In this document: in pieces, positions 41,432-51,974 of the stretch
Layout: each line of letters starts with the position of its first letter
Position numbering within the stretch: the stretch's first letter is position 1
Notes under the pieces: model-generated
What the model was told of the DNA's origin: nothing
Seen by the model: only the letters and a program-made list of their open reading frames with translations
The model's database searches: none
NCBI GenBank assembly: GCA_023432805.1
Contig: JAEYUG010000033.1
Span: 2,654 to 66,653 of the forward strand
Direction: 5' to 3'
Length of the DNA: 64,000 bases
Source: Bacteroidota bacterium
Lineage (GTDB): Bacteria > Bacteroidota > Ignavibacteria > SZUA-365
Made by a program: the position numbers and the translations under genes

Positions 41432-42128
41432 TACACGCGCATTTCTGCGTCTGGTGCTTTTCGACATCGACGGCACGCTCATCAGTACCAACGGGATTGC
41501 CCGGGCGACCTTCGCCGACGCGGCGGCCGAGGTGTTCGCAACAGAGACCGTCGCGCGCACGCATCCCTTCGCGGGCAAGACCGATCCCCAGATCTTCAAC
41601 GAAGTCACCGCTGCGAGCGGGATTCCCCACGACGTGGCCGAGCGCGAGCGCGAGCGGCTGTTCGCGCGCTTCTTCGAACTGCTCGAGCAGCGCATCGGAG
41701 CCGATGATGTGAAGGTGCACGCGGGCGTGCGGCAGCTGCTCGATGCGCTCTCGGAGATCCAGTCGGTGACGGTGGGTCTGCTGACGGGCAACATGCTGCG
41801 CGGAGCGAGGATCAAGCTGGGTCCCGTCGGACTCAATGACTACTTCGGCTTCGGGGCCTTCGGCAGTGATGCGACCTTCCGCTACGAACTGCCCGCGATC
41901 GCGCTCGAGCGCGCCTATACGCGCACCGGGTACGTGTTCAAGGACAAGGAGATCGTGATCATCGGCGACACGCCGCACGATGTCGAGTGCGGACGCCACC
42001 TGAACGTGCGCAGCATCGCCGTTGCGACCGGTGGTGCCTCGCGGGAAGAGCTCGCCGCCCACGCGCCGGACTTCCTCTTCGACGATCTCTCCGATACCGA
42101 CCATGTGATCGAGGCGATCACGCAATGA
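41421..42128 (+). CDS. HAD-superfamily hydrolase (phosphatase)
   Basis: LVLFDIDGTLI motif I; IIGDTPHDVECG motif IV region. Confidence 0.85.
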   Translation: MAINTRAFLRLVLFDIDGTLISTNGIARATFADAAAEVFATETVARTHPFAGKTDPQIFNEVTAASGIPHDVAERERERLFARFFELLEQRIGADDVKVHAGVRQLLDALSEIQSVTVGLLTGNMLRGARIKLGPVGLNDYFGFGAFGSDATFRYELPAIALERAYTRTGYVFKDKEIVIIGDTPHDVECGRHLNVRSIAVATGGASREELAAHAPDFLFDDLSDTDHVIEAITQ

Positions 42129-42940
42129 TTCCGCAGCCTGTTCCGCCGCTGGCTTCGCGCGACACGTACATGACGGATCCCGCCCGTCGGGTGGGTGCGG
42201 CAGCGCGCGTTGTTCCGTCGCTGGTGTTCTACCAGCGCATGGCACGGGATGTCTTCTGGTCCGCCCATCGTGCAAGGCGCGGCACCTATGGCGACCACGA
42301 GTGGGAAGACAGCAGCTGGGCGATTCTCGACGCGCTCGAGCGGGTGGGCGTGCGGTTCCAGCTGGAAGGGCTGCGGCACCTCACGGCCTTCGAGGGTCCC
42401 GCCGTCTTCGCAGGCAATCACATGAGCACGCTCGAAACCTTCGTGCTTCCGATCCTGATCTCGCCGGTCAAGCCTGTCACCTTCGTCATCAAGCAGAGCC
42501 TGATCGACTATCCCGTCTTCAAGCACGTGATGCGGTCGCGCGATCCGATCGTGGTCTCGCGCGACAACCCGCGGGCGGATCTGGTCACCGTGCTCGAAGA
42601 GGGGAAGAAACGACTGCTGGCCGGCCGGTCGGTCATCCTCTTTCCCCAGACGACGCGCAGCGCAGTGTTCGATCCCGAACAGTTCAACACGCTGGGAGTC
42701 AAGCTGGCACGCAGCGCAGGTGTGCCGGTCGTTCCGTTCGCGCTTGAAACGCGCGCATGGGGCAACGGCAGATGGCTGAAGGAATACGGACCGATTCGTC
42801 CGGATCTGCCGGTGCACATCAGCTTCGATGCACCGATCACGATCGAGGGGAACGGTCGCGCGGCGCATGAGCGGATGCTGCAGTTCATCGAAGGAGCACT
42901 GCGGGCATGGGGCGTGACCGTGCAGTCGTCGGCACCCTGA
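42125..42940 (+). CDS. Lysophospholipid (1-acylglycerol-3-phosphate) acyltransferase family protein
   Basis: FAGNHMSTLETFVL (HxxxxD-like acyltransferase motif region), FPQTTRS. Confidence 0.75.
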   Translation: MIPQPVPPLASRDTYMTDPARRVGAAARVVPSLVFYQRMARDVFWSAHRARRGTYGDHEWEDSSWAILDALERVGVRFQLEGLRHLTAFEGPAVFAGNHMSTLETFVLPILISPVKPVTFVIKQSLIDYPVFKHVMRSRDPIVVSRDNPRADLVTVLEEGKKRLLAGRSVILFPQTTRSAVFDPEQFNTLGVKLARSAGVPVVPFALETRAWGNGRWLKEYGPIRPDLPVHISFDAPITIEGNGRAAHERMLQFIEGALRAWGVTVQSSAP

Positions 42941-45900
42941 CGGCGCGGCTGCCTGCGATACTGCTTGCCGCGCTGCTCACCGCCGGATCCGTCGCCTGGG
43001 CGCAGCAGCGGGATGATGGGAGGGAGCCTTCGCGCATGGAAACCGTCCGCCCCGCCGGCGACACCCTGCGCACTGCGGGCATCGCGCACACCGACACCCT
43101 GACGCTCGGCGCAGGCGACACACTTCGCCTGACATCCGCCTTTGTGCAACGGGAATCGCTGCAGGTGCGCGTACTGCCTGCCCTGGATGCAGCGATGGCG
43201 GATTCACTGGCCGCGTTCGAACGCGACTCGTCGGGGTGGGCGTTGGATTCGTCGGCCTGGACGCTGGATGCACGATCAGGCATGCTCGTACTGCGAGCCG
43301 GCACCCGGGCGCGCTTCGGCGACGTCCTGCCGCGCATCGTCGTCACCTACCGGGCACTGCCGCTTGCGTTGCGACCTGTGTACCGCATCCGCGAACTGGT
43401 GTCGCGACGCGACACGACGGCGACAGGGCGCGGCGACAGTCTGCGCGTGGCCGTACCGGTCGAACCGTTGAGTATCGAGAGCATCTTCGGTCCCGACCTG
43501 CAGAAGAGCGGCTACCTCGGGCGGGGATTCACGGTCGGAACAAACAGGGATCTCACGTTGTCAAGCGGCTTCCGCCTGCAGCTCTCGGGAAAGCTCGCCG
43601 ACGACATCTCGGTCACGGCTGCGCTCACCGACGAGAACACGCCGATCCAACCTGAAGGATCCACCCGGACGATTCAGGAACTCGACAAGGTCTTCGTCCG
43701 CATCGAAGGGGGACAGCTCGCCGCGACGCTCGGCGACTTCGTGCTGACACATGACGGGACGGAATTCGGACGCTACAATCGCAAGTTGAGCGGCTTCCTC
43801 GGTGAAGGTGCGACATCGTTCGGCGATGCGTCGGCCTCGTTCGCGACCTTGAAGGGAACCTTCCACACCGTGCAGTTCAACGGCATCGACGGCACGCAGG
43901 GACCCTATCGTCTCACCGGCAAGAGCGGTGAACAGCGCATCCTCGTGCTCGCCGGCACCGAACGCGTGTACGTCGACGGCGTCGAAATGGTGCGCGGGGA
44001 GACGCATGACTACGTGATCGAGTACGCGAGCGGGGAGGTCACGTTCAAGCCTCGGAGACTGATCACGTCGTACTCCCGCATCACGGTCGATTTCGAGTAT
44101 GCCGACCGCCAATACACGCGCACGCTGCTGACCGCGACCGGCAGCGGCAGGGTGTTCGACGACCGCCTGCGCATCACTGCGCGCTACATCCGCGAAGGCG
44201 ACGATCAGGACGCGCCGCTCGATCTGCAGCTTTCCGACGACGACAAACGGATTCTCGAAGCGGCGGGCGACGACCCGGCGAAGGCGGTGGCGAGCGGTGT
44301 TTCGTACGCCGGCATCGACAGCGTGCGCGGAACGGGTGCCGGTCAGTACGAACGTCGCGACACGCTCATCGCGGGGGAGGCAGTCGCCCTCTACCGCTAC
44401 GCGCCCGGTACCGACAGTGCACTGTGGTCGCTGTCGTTCTCGTTCGTTGGATCAGGACGCGGTTCCTACACACGCAAGGCGCTCGGCATCTACACCTGGA
44501 CGGGCGTGGGGCGGGGAGACTACGATCCTGTCCGCGTGCTGCCGCTGCCGCAGCTGCAGCAGCTCGGGGATCTCCGTATCGACGCGCGTCCCTTCACCAC
44601 GCTCAGCCTCAGCGCAGAGGGCGCGATCAGCGCGCTCGACCGCAACCGCTTCTCGGCGATGCGCGACGTGGCGCACGAGGGCGGCGCGGTCAACGGCACG
44701 GTGCGTTGGACACCGACGCTCGATGGCGCCGGCGCCTTCGACCTCTCGGCACGCTATCGCGCAACCGACGCGACCTTCATGCCGATCGATCGCATCAACA
44801 CCATCGAATTCTCGCGCATGTGGGATGTGGGCTCCGCACTCACCGCCACCGAGATCCTTCGCGAGGCCTCGCTCGCCTACAAGCCGACGCAATGGATCGA
44901 TGTGCGTGGCGGAGGCGGTTCGCTCTCGAAGGGATCCTTCACATCGACACGACTCGAAGCCTCCGTGCACGTGATGGGGGATACCTCGGCGTGGCGCGGT
45001 CCCTCGATGTCATGGACCGCAGAACACATCGGAAGCGCCGACGGCGCGGCCTCCACTCGGGGATCCTGGCTGCGGCAGCGCGGCGAGGTTTCGCAGCGCT
45101 TCGGCATCGCCGAACCGCGCGTGCGCATCGAGCATGAGCATCGCCGCGCGCATGCGGGTGCCAGCGACACACTCTCCGCACTGAGCATGGGCTTCGTGGA
45201 TGTACGCCCCGGTCTCCAGCTGCGCGCCTCTGAACGTCTGACCGTGGGAGCGGACGTCGGTGTGCGCATGGAGGACGCCTGGCTCGCTGGTGCGGTCGTG
45301 CGGCAGAGCACCGACCTGCTGCAGCAGTACAGCGCCTCGTTCCGCACCGAGCGGGACTTCTCCGCCACCGGCGCCCTCACCGTGCGGTCACGTGCGTTCA
45401 GCGAGCAGTTCCGCCTGCGCGGCAACAAGGACGTACAGACGATTCTCACCCGTGTGCAGGTGCGGCATACACCCTTCGAACGCGCAATCTCGACCGACCT
45501 GCTCTATGAGGTCAGCACCGAACGCACCTCACGCATGGAGCGTCAGTTCCTTCGCGTGCCGTACGGACAGGGCAACTACATCTACCTCGGCGATCTGAAC
45601 GAGAATGGCATCCCCGATGAGAGCGAGTTCGAACCAACGAGATTCGATGGCGAGTATGTGCTCGTCACCGTCCCGACCGACGAGTTGTTTCCCGTGATTG
45701 ATCTGCGCGCGTCGGCGCGCGTGCAGGTACAGCCGTCGCGCGTGATTTCCCCCGGCGCGAGCGGTCTGCTCGCCGGCATGCTCCGTGCCCTCTCGAGCGA
45801 ATCCGTGCTGCGTGTCGAGGAGAAGAGCAGCGACGAGCAGACATCCAACATGTACCTGTTGCGTTTCGCGCGCTTCCTCAACGACTCGACGACGATTCGC

Positions 45901-46545
45901 GGATTCCAGAACATGCGGCAGGATCTGTTCCTCTTCGAGCAGTCGCAGGATTTTTCGATGCGGCTGCGCTTCGACCAGTCACGAGGCTTCAGTCAGTACG
46001 CGCTGGCATCCGAGCGGAGCTACCGGCGCGAGCGGTCCGTGCGCGTGCGCATGCAGCTCGTGCGCGAGATCGGGGTGCAGGGCGATGTTGCACTGATTGA
46101 CGACGTGGTGGCCTCGCCCGGTGCCGGCAACCGCGCGCGCGACATCGATGGCACGTCGATGGCTGCGGACGTCTCGTACCGGCCCTATCCAAAGGTGGAG
46201 GTCGGGTTCGTGTTCTCGTCGCGCATGGCGACAGACCGCCAGCCCACCGTACCGCTCGAGGCGCAGATCGATGCCCAGATCCTTCGCCTGGCGCTCACGC
46301 TCGATGGACCCGGTCGTGTGCGCATCGAGCTCGAACGCAGCGATGTGGTGTTGTCGTCGAGCGTTGCCGCGTTTCCCTTCGAGCTCACGGACGGACGCTC
46401 CGAGGGCAAGAGCTGGATCGTACGCGCGAATGTCGACTACAGGCTGACGAGCTACCTGCAGGCGACGATGAGCTACCTCGGCCGCAGCGAGGGGGGACGC
46501 CCCTTTCTGCACACGATGCGTGCGGAAGTACGCGCGTTTTTCTAA
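42907..46545 (+). CDS. Large (1212 aa) secreted protein, probable outer-membrane beta-barrel (C-terminal ...RAEVRAFF), function unknown
   Basis: Signal peptide RLPAILLAALLTAGSVAWAQ; C-terminal aromatic residue; beta-rich composition. Confidence 0.55.
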   Translation: MGRDRAVVGTLTARLPAILLAALLTAGSVAWAQQRDDGREPSRMETVRPAGDTLRTAGIAHTDTLTLGAGDTLRLTSAFVQRESLQVRVLPALDAAMADSLAAFERDSSGWALDSSAWTLDARSGMLVLRAGTRARFGDVLPRIVVTYRALPLALRPVYRIRELVSRRDTTATGRGDSLRVAVPVEPLSIESIFGPDLQKSGYLGRGFTVGTNRDLTLSSGFRLQLSGKLADDISVTAALTDENTPIQPEGSTRTIQELDKVFVRIEGGQLAATLGDFVLTHDGTEFGRYNRKLSGFLGEGATSFGDASASFATLKGTFHTVQFNGIDGTQGPYRLTGKSGEQRILVLAGTERVYVDGVEMVRGETHDYVIEYASGEVTFKPRRLITSYSRITVDFEYADRQYTRTLLTATGSGRVFDDRLRITARYIREGDDQDAPLDLQLSDDDKRILEAAGDDPAKAVASGVSYAGIDSVRGTGAGQYERRDTLIAGEAVALYRYAPGTDSALWSLSFSFVGSGRGSYTRKALGIYTWTGVGRGDYDPVRVLPLPQLQQLGDLRIDARPFTTLSLSAEGAISALDRNRFSAMRDVAHEGGAVNGTVRWTPTLDGAGAFDLSARYRATDATFMPIDRINTIEFSRMWDVGSALTATEILREASLAYKPTQWIDVRGGGGSLSKGSFTSTRLEASVHVMGDTSAWRGPSMSWTAEHIGSADGAASTRGSWLRQRGEVSQRFGIAEPRVRIEHEHRRAHAGASDTLSALSMGFVDVRPGLQLRASERLTVGADVGVRMEDAWLAGAVVRQSTDLLQQYSASFRTERDFSATGALTVRSRAFSEQFRLRGNKDVQTILTRVQVRHTPFERAISTDLLYEVSTERTSRMERQFLRVPYGQGNYIYLGDLNENGIPDESEFEPTRFDGEYVLVTVPTDELFPVIDLRASARVQVQPSRVISPGASGLLAGMLRALSSESVLRVEEKSSDEQTSNMYLLRFARFLNDSTTIRGFQNMRQDLFLFEQSQDFSMRLRFDQSRGFSQYALASERSYRRERSVRVRMQLVREIGVQGDVALIDDVVASPGAGNRARDIDGTSMAADVSYRPYPKVEVGFVFSSRMATDRQPTVPLEAQIDAQILRLALTLDGPGRVRIELERSDVVLSSSVAAFPFELTDGRSEGKSWIVRANVDYRLTSYLQATMSYLGRSEGGRPFLHTMRAEVRAFF

Positions 46546-46627
46546 CCGTCGCTTCACTGCCGGCTGCTTCATCGTGAATGGGAAGCGTTGTATTTTCAGG
46601 GATGTCCGTGTATCGCCCCACCCATCG

Positions 46628-48118
46628 ATGACCATGAACATCCTCCGCCGTCTGTCGCTGCCGGCGCTTCCGCTGCTCGCCCTGCTGGCTCTCGCCTGCT
46701 CGGAGTCCCCGACCGGCACACCCAACGCGAACCTTCCCCCGGAAACCAATCTCGCGCTGATGCCCGACAGTGATCTGCGCACGACGCCGAGCCGTCAGCA
46801 CATCAACTGGTGGGGCGACGATCCCGACGGCTTCGTGGCCGGGTTCCAATTCAGCTTCGATGCGGTGACGTGGACGTTCACAACCCGCAGCGACAGCGTC
46901 TTCGCCCTCACTCTTTCCGGGTCGGATTCGACATACACGTTTCACGTGCGCGCGATCGACGACCAGGGCAACGGTGTGCGCGACGAGGCGGGTCCCTACG
47001 GCGCCGAGCCCTACACCGATCGCAACGGCAACGGCAGCTACGACGCCGGCGAACCCTTCATTGATTTCGGACTTGCGGATCCGACACCCGCCACGCTGCG
47101 ATATCCGATCGAGAACTCGCGTCCCGTCGTCGCATTCGTCAAGGGATCGGATGTGCCGGAAACGACATTCACCGTTGCGTCCTTCGCATGGGTTGGAACG
47201 GATCTGGACGGGGATGAGACGATCCGCGAGTACCGCTACGCACTCAACGACACCGCGGCTTCCGCATGGAAGTCGCTGCCTCGCTCGCAGACCTTCCTGA
47301 CGCTGACAGAGGCCGACGGTATCCGTCCCGGAAACAATTCCTTCCATCTCAAGGCCATCGACATTGCAGGCGCCGAGAGCGAATCGATTGCGATGCCGCA
47401 GGGTTCGCGCACATGGTTTGTCAAGCGGCCGCACACCGATGTGCTGATCGTCGACGACTATGCGACCGCCGACGATGCCGCGGCGTTCTATGGATCCATC
47501 GTCGACACGATGTTCGGGGGACGCTTCGCAGGGGCGGACGTGCTCGACATCCGCGCGGGTGCGACGTCGACGAAGAAGGGGGTGTTCGTACCGCCCTTCA
47601 TCAATCCCACGCTCGTCGAGACCTTCAAGCTCTTCAAGTACATCCTGTGGTACTGCGACTACACACCCTCGATCGACATTGCGCAACTTTCGCTGCCGCA
47701 GTTCCAGCAGGGCGGTGGCACCGTGCTGTATATCGCAAGCTTTCCCGAGAGCGCACTCGATCCCCGTGGCGGCATCACCGACTACGCGCCCGTCGACAGC
47801 CTGAGTCCCAACCCGATCACCTTCGTCCCCGCCAACACGGTCGTGGACGTCGATGCGGAATCGCCCGGCTACCCACTGCTCACACGTGACACCCGCGGTC
47901 AGCCGGTGGCCTTCGTGCGCGGCCTGTTCAAACGCGTCAACGCGGCAAATCTCTGCAAGCTCGCACCGGATCCCCGCTGGGGAAATCCCGTCGTCGGTGT
48001 GCGCAGCGGCGACCGTCGCTTCGTGATGTTCAGCATTCCCCTGCACCGTTTCAATGGCAACGGCAACGCAGGCGCGATGGTCAGCACCATCTTCCGCAAC
48101 GATTTCGGGGTTCGCTGA
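46628..48118 (+). CDS. Lipoprotein (lipobox LALAC) of unknown function
   Basis: MTMNILRRLSLPALPLLALLALACSES. Confidence 0.6.
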   Translation: MTMNILRRLSLPALPLLALLALACSESPTGTPNANLPPETNLALMPDSDLRTTPSRQHINWWGDDPDGFVAGFQFSFDAVTWTFTTRSDSVFALTLSGSDSTYTFHVRAIDDQGNGVRDEAGPYGAEPYTDRNGNGSYDAGEPFIDFGLADPTPATLRYPIENSRPVVAFVKGSDVPETTFTVASFAWVGTDLDGDETIREYRYALNDTAASAWKSLPRSQTFLTLTEADGIRPGNNSFHLKAIDIAGAESESIAMPQGSRTWFVKRPHTDVLIVDDYATADDAAAFYGSIVDTMFGGRFAGADVLDIRAGATSTKKGVFVPPFINPTLVETFKLFKYILWYCDYTPSIDIAQLSLPQFQQGGGTVLYIASFPESALDPRGGITDYAPVDSLSPNPITFVPANTVVDVDAESPGYPLLTRDTRGQPVAFVRGLFKRVNAANLCKLAPDPRWGNPVVGVRSGDRRFVMFSIPLHRFNGNGNAGAMVSTIFRNDFGVR

Positions 48119-48120
48119 CA

Positions 48121-50985
48121 ATGGCACGACGCTCCCTCCTCTCCATCACCCTCGCCGCGCTGCTCGTCTGCGCGCTCGTCCCTTCACAGGCCCAGGCACA
48201 GAAGGGCACGATCAGCGGCATCGTGCGCGACAAGCAGACCGGCGAAACGCTGATCGGCGTGAACGTGCTCATCAAGGGCACCTACTATGGCGCCGCCTCG
48301 AATGTCGAGGGACGCTACACGATCAAGGATGTCAATCCCGGTCAGTACACCGTCGAGGTCAGTCTGATCGGATACAAGAAGATCCAGCGCACCGGCGTGC
48401 GCGTCACCGCGAACGAGACGACCAAGCTCGACCTTCAGCTCGAAGAGACCGTGCTCTCGCTCAGCGAGGAAGTGGTCATCATCGGCAACAAGCCCTTGCT
48501 CGACATCGAGCAGACGTCGAGTTCACGCACCGTGACCGCCGACGACCTGAAAGTCGCAGTCATCGAAAATGTGAAGGACGTCGTCGCCCAGCAGACCGGT
48601 GTCGTGCAGAGCGACAATGCGCTCTACATCCGAGGCGGACGCGCGCATGAGAACGCCTTCCTGCTCGACGGCGTGTCGGTACAGGATCCCCTCGCCGGCA
48701 CGGGCTTCGGCCTGCAGCTGAGCGCAGCCTCGATTCAGGAGGTCGAAGTCATCACCGGCGGTTTCAACGCCGAATACGGTCAGGCGACCTCGGGCGTCGT
48801 GAACGTGACCACGCGCGAGGCTGGGGATCGGTATGGATTCTCCATGAGCTGGAAACGCGACAACTTCGGCTTCAACAACACGGCACGGTCGTCATGGAAC
48901 ACCGACATTGCGGAAGCTTCGCTTGGCGGACCCGAGCCGCTGACGTCGACGGTGCTTCCCGCCATGGGCATCGACCTGCCCGGATCGATCTCGTTCTTCG
49001 TCAGTGGATACGCGGCGCTTTCCGACGCCTTCACGCGGTGGACTCCCATCATCCGCAACGGGCGTCCCACCGGCGAGTTCCGTGAAGTGACCGCCGCCCA
49101 GCTGGTATCGTCGACCTTCGGCGGCACACGGTTCGCACCGCGTCAGGACAACAACTGGTTCTGGCTCGGCAAGCTTACGTGGGCATTCTCTCCGACGATG
49201 AAGCTGCGCTACTCGTTCAACCAGTCGATCTCGATCAACCAGAATTCACAGTCGCTGCAGACCAATCTCGAGTACGTGGAACCGAGTCCCGGCTACCAGT
49301 ACGAGTTCCAGAACATCCTCGACGGGGCGAACACGTACACGCACAACAACATGTTCCACACGCTGAGCTGGACGCACACGATCAACACATCGACGTTCTA
49401 TGACGTACGCTTCAGCCGCTTCTACACACAGCTGCGTGCCGATGCGAACGGCAGAGACTGGACCGCGTACCGTGAACCGCAGGATCTGGTACGCTTCCCG
49501 GTCGAGTACTACAACTCCGACCGCGACACGATCGGCGTGATTCCCGGCGACGGATTCTGGGATACCGGCAACGGGTTCACCTGGCACGATCATCACGTGA
49601 TCGACTACACGCTGCGCGGCGACATCACCAGCAACATCACCGAAAAGAACCGCTTCAAGGCGGGCTTCGAGGCAACGTTCGGCGAGATGCAGGTCGTCGA
49701 TATCTACAAACCGTGGATCGGCGATCTCGGACTGAACAACGACATCTACCGTGTCAATCCCGCCAGCGGTGCGTTCTATGTCCAGGACAACATCAATTTC
49801 AGCGGCATGATCCTGAACGCAGGTCTGCGCATGGACTGGTGGATGCCCGGAAGGTACGTCGACGATGCCGTCGCGAATCCCGATGTCGTCACGATTCCCC
49901 AGTCGGTGCGCGATTCGTACATGGAAAATACCTTCGGTCTCTTCGACCGACGCTTCAAGGCGCGCATCAGTCCCCGCCTCGGCATCTCCCACCCGGTGTC
50001 GGACAATCAAACCCTGTTCTTCTCATATGGTCATTTTTCGAAGCGTCCGCGTCCCCAGTTCGTCTACGCGAAACTGAATCCCGCCAGCGCCAGGAGCACC
50101 TTCCAGAAATTCGGCAATCCGGATCTGAATCCCGAAACCACCGTCGCCTACGAACTCGGCCTGCGCACACAGTTCACCGAAGACGATGTGCTGACGGTGA
50201 CCGCGTACTACAAGGATATCTTCGACTACGTCAGCACCCGTTCGGCGCGCATCACCAGTTCGCGCTTCTCCGGCGGCAGCTTCATTACCTACGTCAATCA
50301 GGACTATGCCCGCACGCGCGGCGTGGAACTCGAATACAAGAAGCGCATCGGACGCTGGTTCAACGGCGGGGCGAGCTTCACCTACTCGATCGCGACAGGA
50401 AAAAGTTCGTCGGCAGACGAAGGCGCACTCATCCAGCGGGGCGACCTCGAGGAATCCATCAAGGAGAACTACCTGATCTGGGATCGACCGATGCAGGTGC
50501 AGGCATGGGGCTCCGTGTCTGTCGGCCGCGATGAAGGGCTGTTCGGTTTCGCACGCGGCGTCCTCGACGACTACACCCTGTATCTCCGCGCGTTTTTCCA
50601 GAGCGGCAAGCGCTACACGCCCCAACTGCTCATTGGCTATGACCCCATTTCCAATCGCGCGCTGTACGACCGGGATCGGGCGAACATCAACGGTGAGATC
50701 GGTGAGCACTGGTTCACGGTCGATCTGAACTTCGAAAAGCGCATCCCGCTTCCTGGTGTCGATCTGGCGCTCCTCATCGAGGTCACCAACCTTTTCAATG
50801 CGCAGAACGCCACGATCATCAACCCCGTCACGGGCCGTGCCTATGAATACGGAGATCCGACGCCTGGCGGATACAACGATCCGATGTATCCCGACCTGCA
50901 GGCACCACTCTCCCCGTATCCGTACAACCCCGCACGGTATCTGGCACCCCGCACCGTCCGGGCCGGCTTCTCGGTGAAACTATGA
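48121..50985 (+). CDS. TonB-dependent receptor with N-terminal carboxypeptidase-regulatory-like domain
   Basis: GTISGIVRDKQTGETLIGVNVLIKGTYYG (CarbopepD_reg), plug region, C-terminal ...RAGFSVKL. Confidence 0.85.
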   Translation: MARRSLLSITLAALLVCALVPSQAQAQKGTISGIVRDKQTGETLIGVNVLIKGTYYGAASNVEGRYTIKDVNPGQYTVEVSLIGYKKIQRTGVRVTANETTKLDLQLEETVLSLSEEVVIIGNKPLLDIEQTSSSRTVTADDLKVAVIENVKDVVAQQTGVVQSDNALYIRGGRAHENAFLLDGVSVQDPLAGTGFGLQLSAASIQEVEVITGGFNAEYGQATSGVVNVTTREAGDRYGFSMSWKRDNFGFNNTARSSWNTDIAEASLGGPEPLTSTVLPAMGIDLPGSISFFVSGYAALSDAFTRWTPIIRNGRPTGEFREVTAAQLVSSTFGGTRFAPRQDNNWFWLGKLTWAFSPTMKLRYSFNQSISINQNSQSLQTNLEYVEPSPGYQYEFQNILDGANTYTHNNMFHTLSWTHTINTSTFYDVRFSRFYTQLRADANGRDWTAYREPQDLVRFPVEYYNSDRDTIGVIPGDGFWDTGNGFTWHDHHVIDYTLRGDITSNITEKNRFKAGFEATFGEMQVVDIYKPWIGDLGLNNDIYRVNPASGAFYVQDNINFSGMILNAGLRMDWWMPGRYVDDAVANPDVVTIPQSVRDSYMENTFGLFDRRFKARISPRLGISHPVSDNQTLFFSYGHFSKRPRPQFVYAKLNPASARSTFQKFGNPDLNPETTVAYELGLRTQFTEDDVLTVTAYYKDIFDYVSTRSARITSSRFSGGSFITYVNQDYARTRGVELEYKKRIGRWFNGGASFTYSIATGKSSSADEGALIQRGDLEESIKENYLIWDRPMQVQAWGSVSVGRDEGLFGFARGVLDDYTLYLRAFFQSGKRYTPQLLIGYDPISNRALYDRDRANINGEIGEHWFTVDLNFEKRIPLPGVDLALLIEVTNLFNAQNATIINPVTGRAYEYGDPTPGGYNDPMYPDLQAPLSPYPYNPARYLAPRTVRAGFSVKL

Positions 50986-51974
50986 GTACGACCATGCGAA
51001 CCGGCACCCTCCTCCTGCTTTTCGCAGCGCTGCTCACGATCGACGCGCAGGCACAACTCATGCCGCTACTTGGCGGGCAGAGAGCGGGAATTTCTTCGCT
51101 GCAGTTCCTCAAGATCGGTGCCGGGGCACGCGCCACCGCCATGGCGGAAGCCTATGTCGCCGTAGCCGACGATGCCACCGCGCTGCACTACAATCCTGCC
51201 GGACTCGCTCAGGTTCCGGAACACCAGGTCCACTTCTCACACACCGCCTGGCTCGTCGATCTGCAGCATGAGTTTCTTGGCATCGTCTACCGTCCCTCCC
51301 CCTCCGATGCCATCGGCGTGTCGGTCACGAGTCTCCATACCGACGACATGAAGGTCACGACCGAGACCCAGCCGCTCGGTACGGGACGCACCTTCACCTA
51401 TGGGGACGTCGCGGTGGGACTCAGCTACGCCCGAAATCTCACTGCACAATTCAGCTTCGGCGCCACCGTCCGCTACGTCGAGGAAACCATCGACGTGCTC
51501 AAGACCCGCGCAATCATGGTTGATCTCGGTACCTTCTACCGCACGGGTCTGGGAAGCACGCGCTTCGCTGTCGCGGTCTCGAACTTCGGCGGCAACGTCT
51601 CCCCCGACGGCACGCTGCATCCGGCTGGTCGTCCCGCCGTGAATTCCTTCCAGGAGTTCTCGCCTCCCACCCTGTTCAGAATCGGTTTTGCGATGGAAGC
51701 GTATGAGGACGCCACCCACCGGCTCACGACGTCGATTCAGCTCAATCATCCGAACGACAACAGCGAGAACGTCTCCATCGGTGCGGAATACGCTTGGAAC
51801 CGCATCTTCCATCTGCGTGCCGGCTACAAGCTCAACACCGACGAAGAGGGACTTACCGCAGGTGCGGGCGTGATCGCACCGCTCGGCTTCGCGCGCGGCG
51901 CCGTCGATTATGCCTACGCTGCTTTCGGACGCCTCGGTGGCGTGCACCGCATTTCCGTGACACTCGGCTTCTGA
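50982..51974 (+). CDS. PorV/PorQ-family T9SS-associated outer-membrane protein (FadL-like fold)
   Basis: ARATAMAEAYVAVADDATALHYNPAGLA motif; C-terminal Phe; ATGA-coupled to the TonB receptor. Confidence 0.7.
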   Translation: MSTTMRTGTLLLLFAALLTIDAQAQLMPLLGGQRAGISSLQFLKIGAGARATAMAEAYVAVADDATALHYNPAGLAQVPEHQVHFSHTAWLVDLQHEFLGIVYRPSPSDAIGVSVTSLHTDDMKVTTETQPLGTGRTFTYGDVAVGLSYARNLTAQFSFGATVRYVEETIDVLKTRAIMVDLGTFYRTGLGSTRFAVAVSNFGGNVSPDGTLHPAGRPAVNSFQEFSPPTLFRIGFAMEAYEDATHRLTTSIQLNHPNDNSENVSIGAEYAWNRIFHLRAGYKLNTDEEGLTAGAGVIAPLGFARGAVDYAYAAFGRLGGVHRISVTLGF

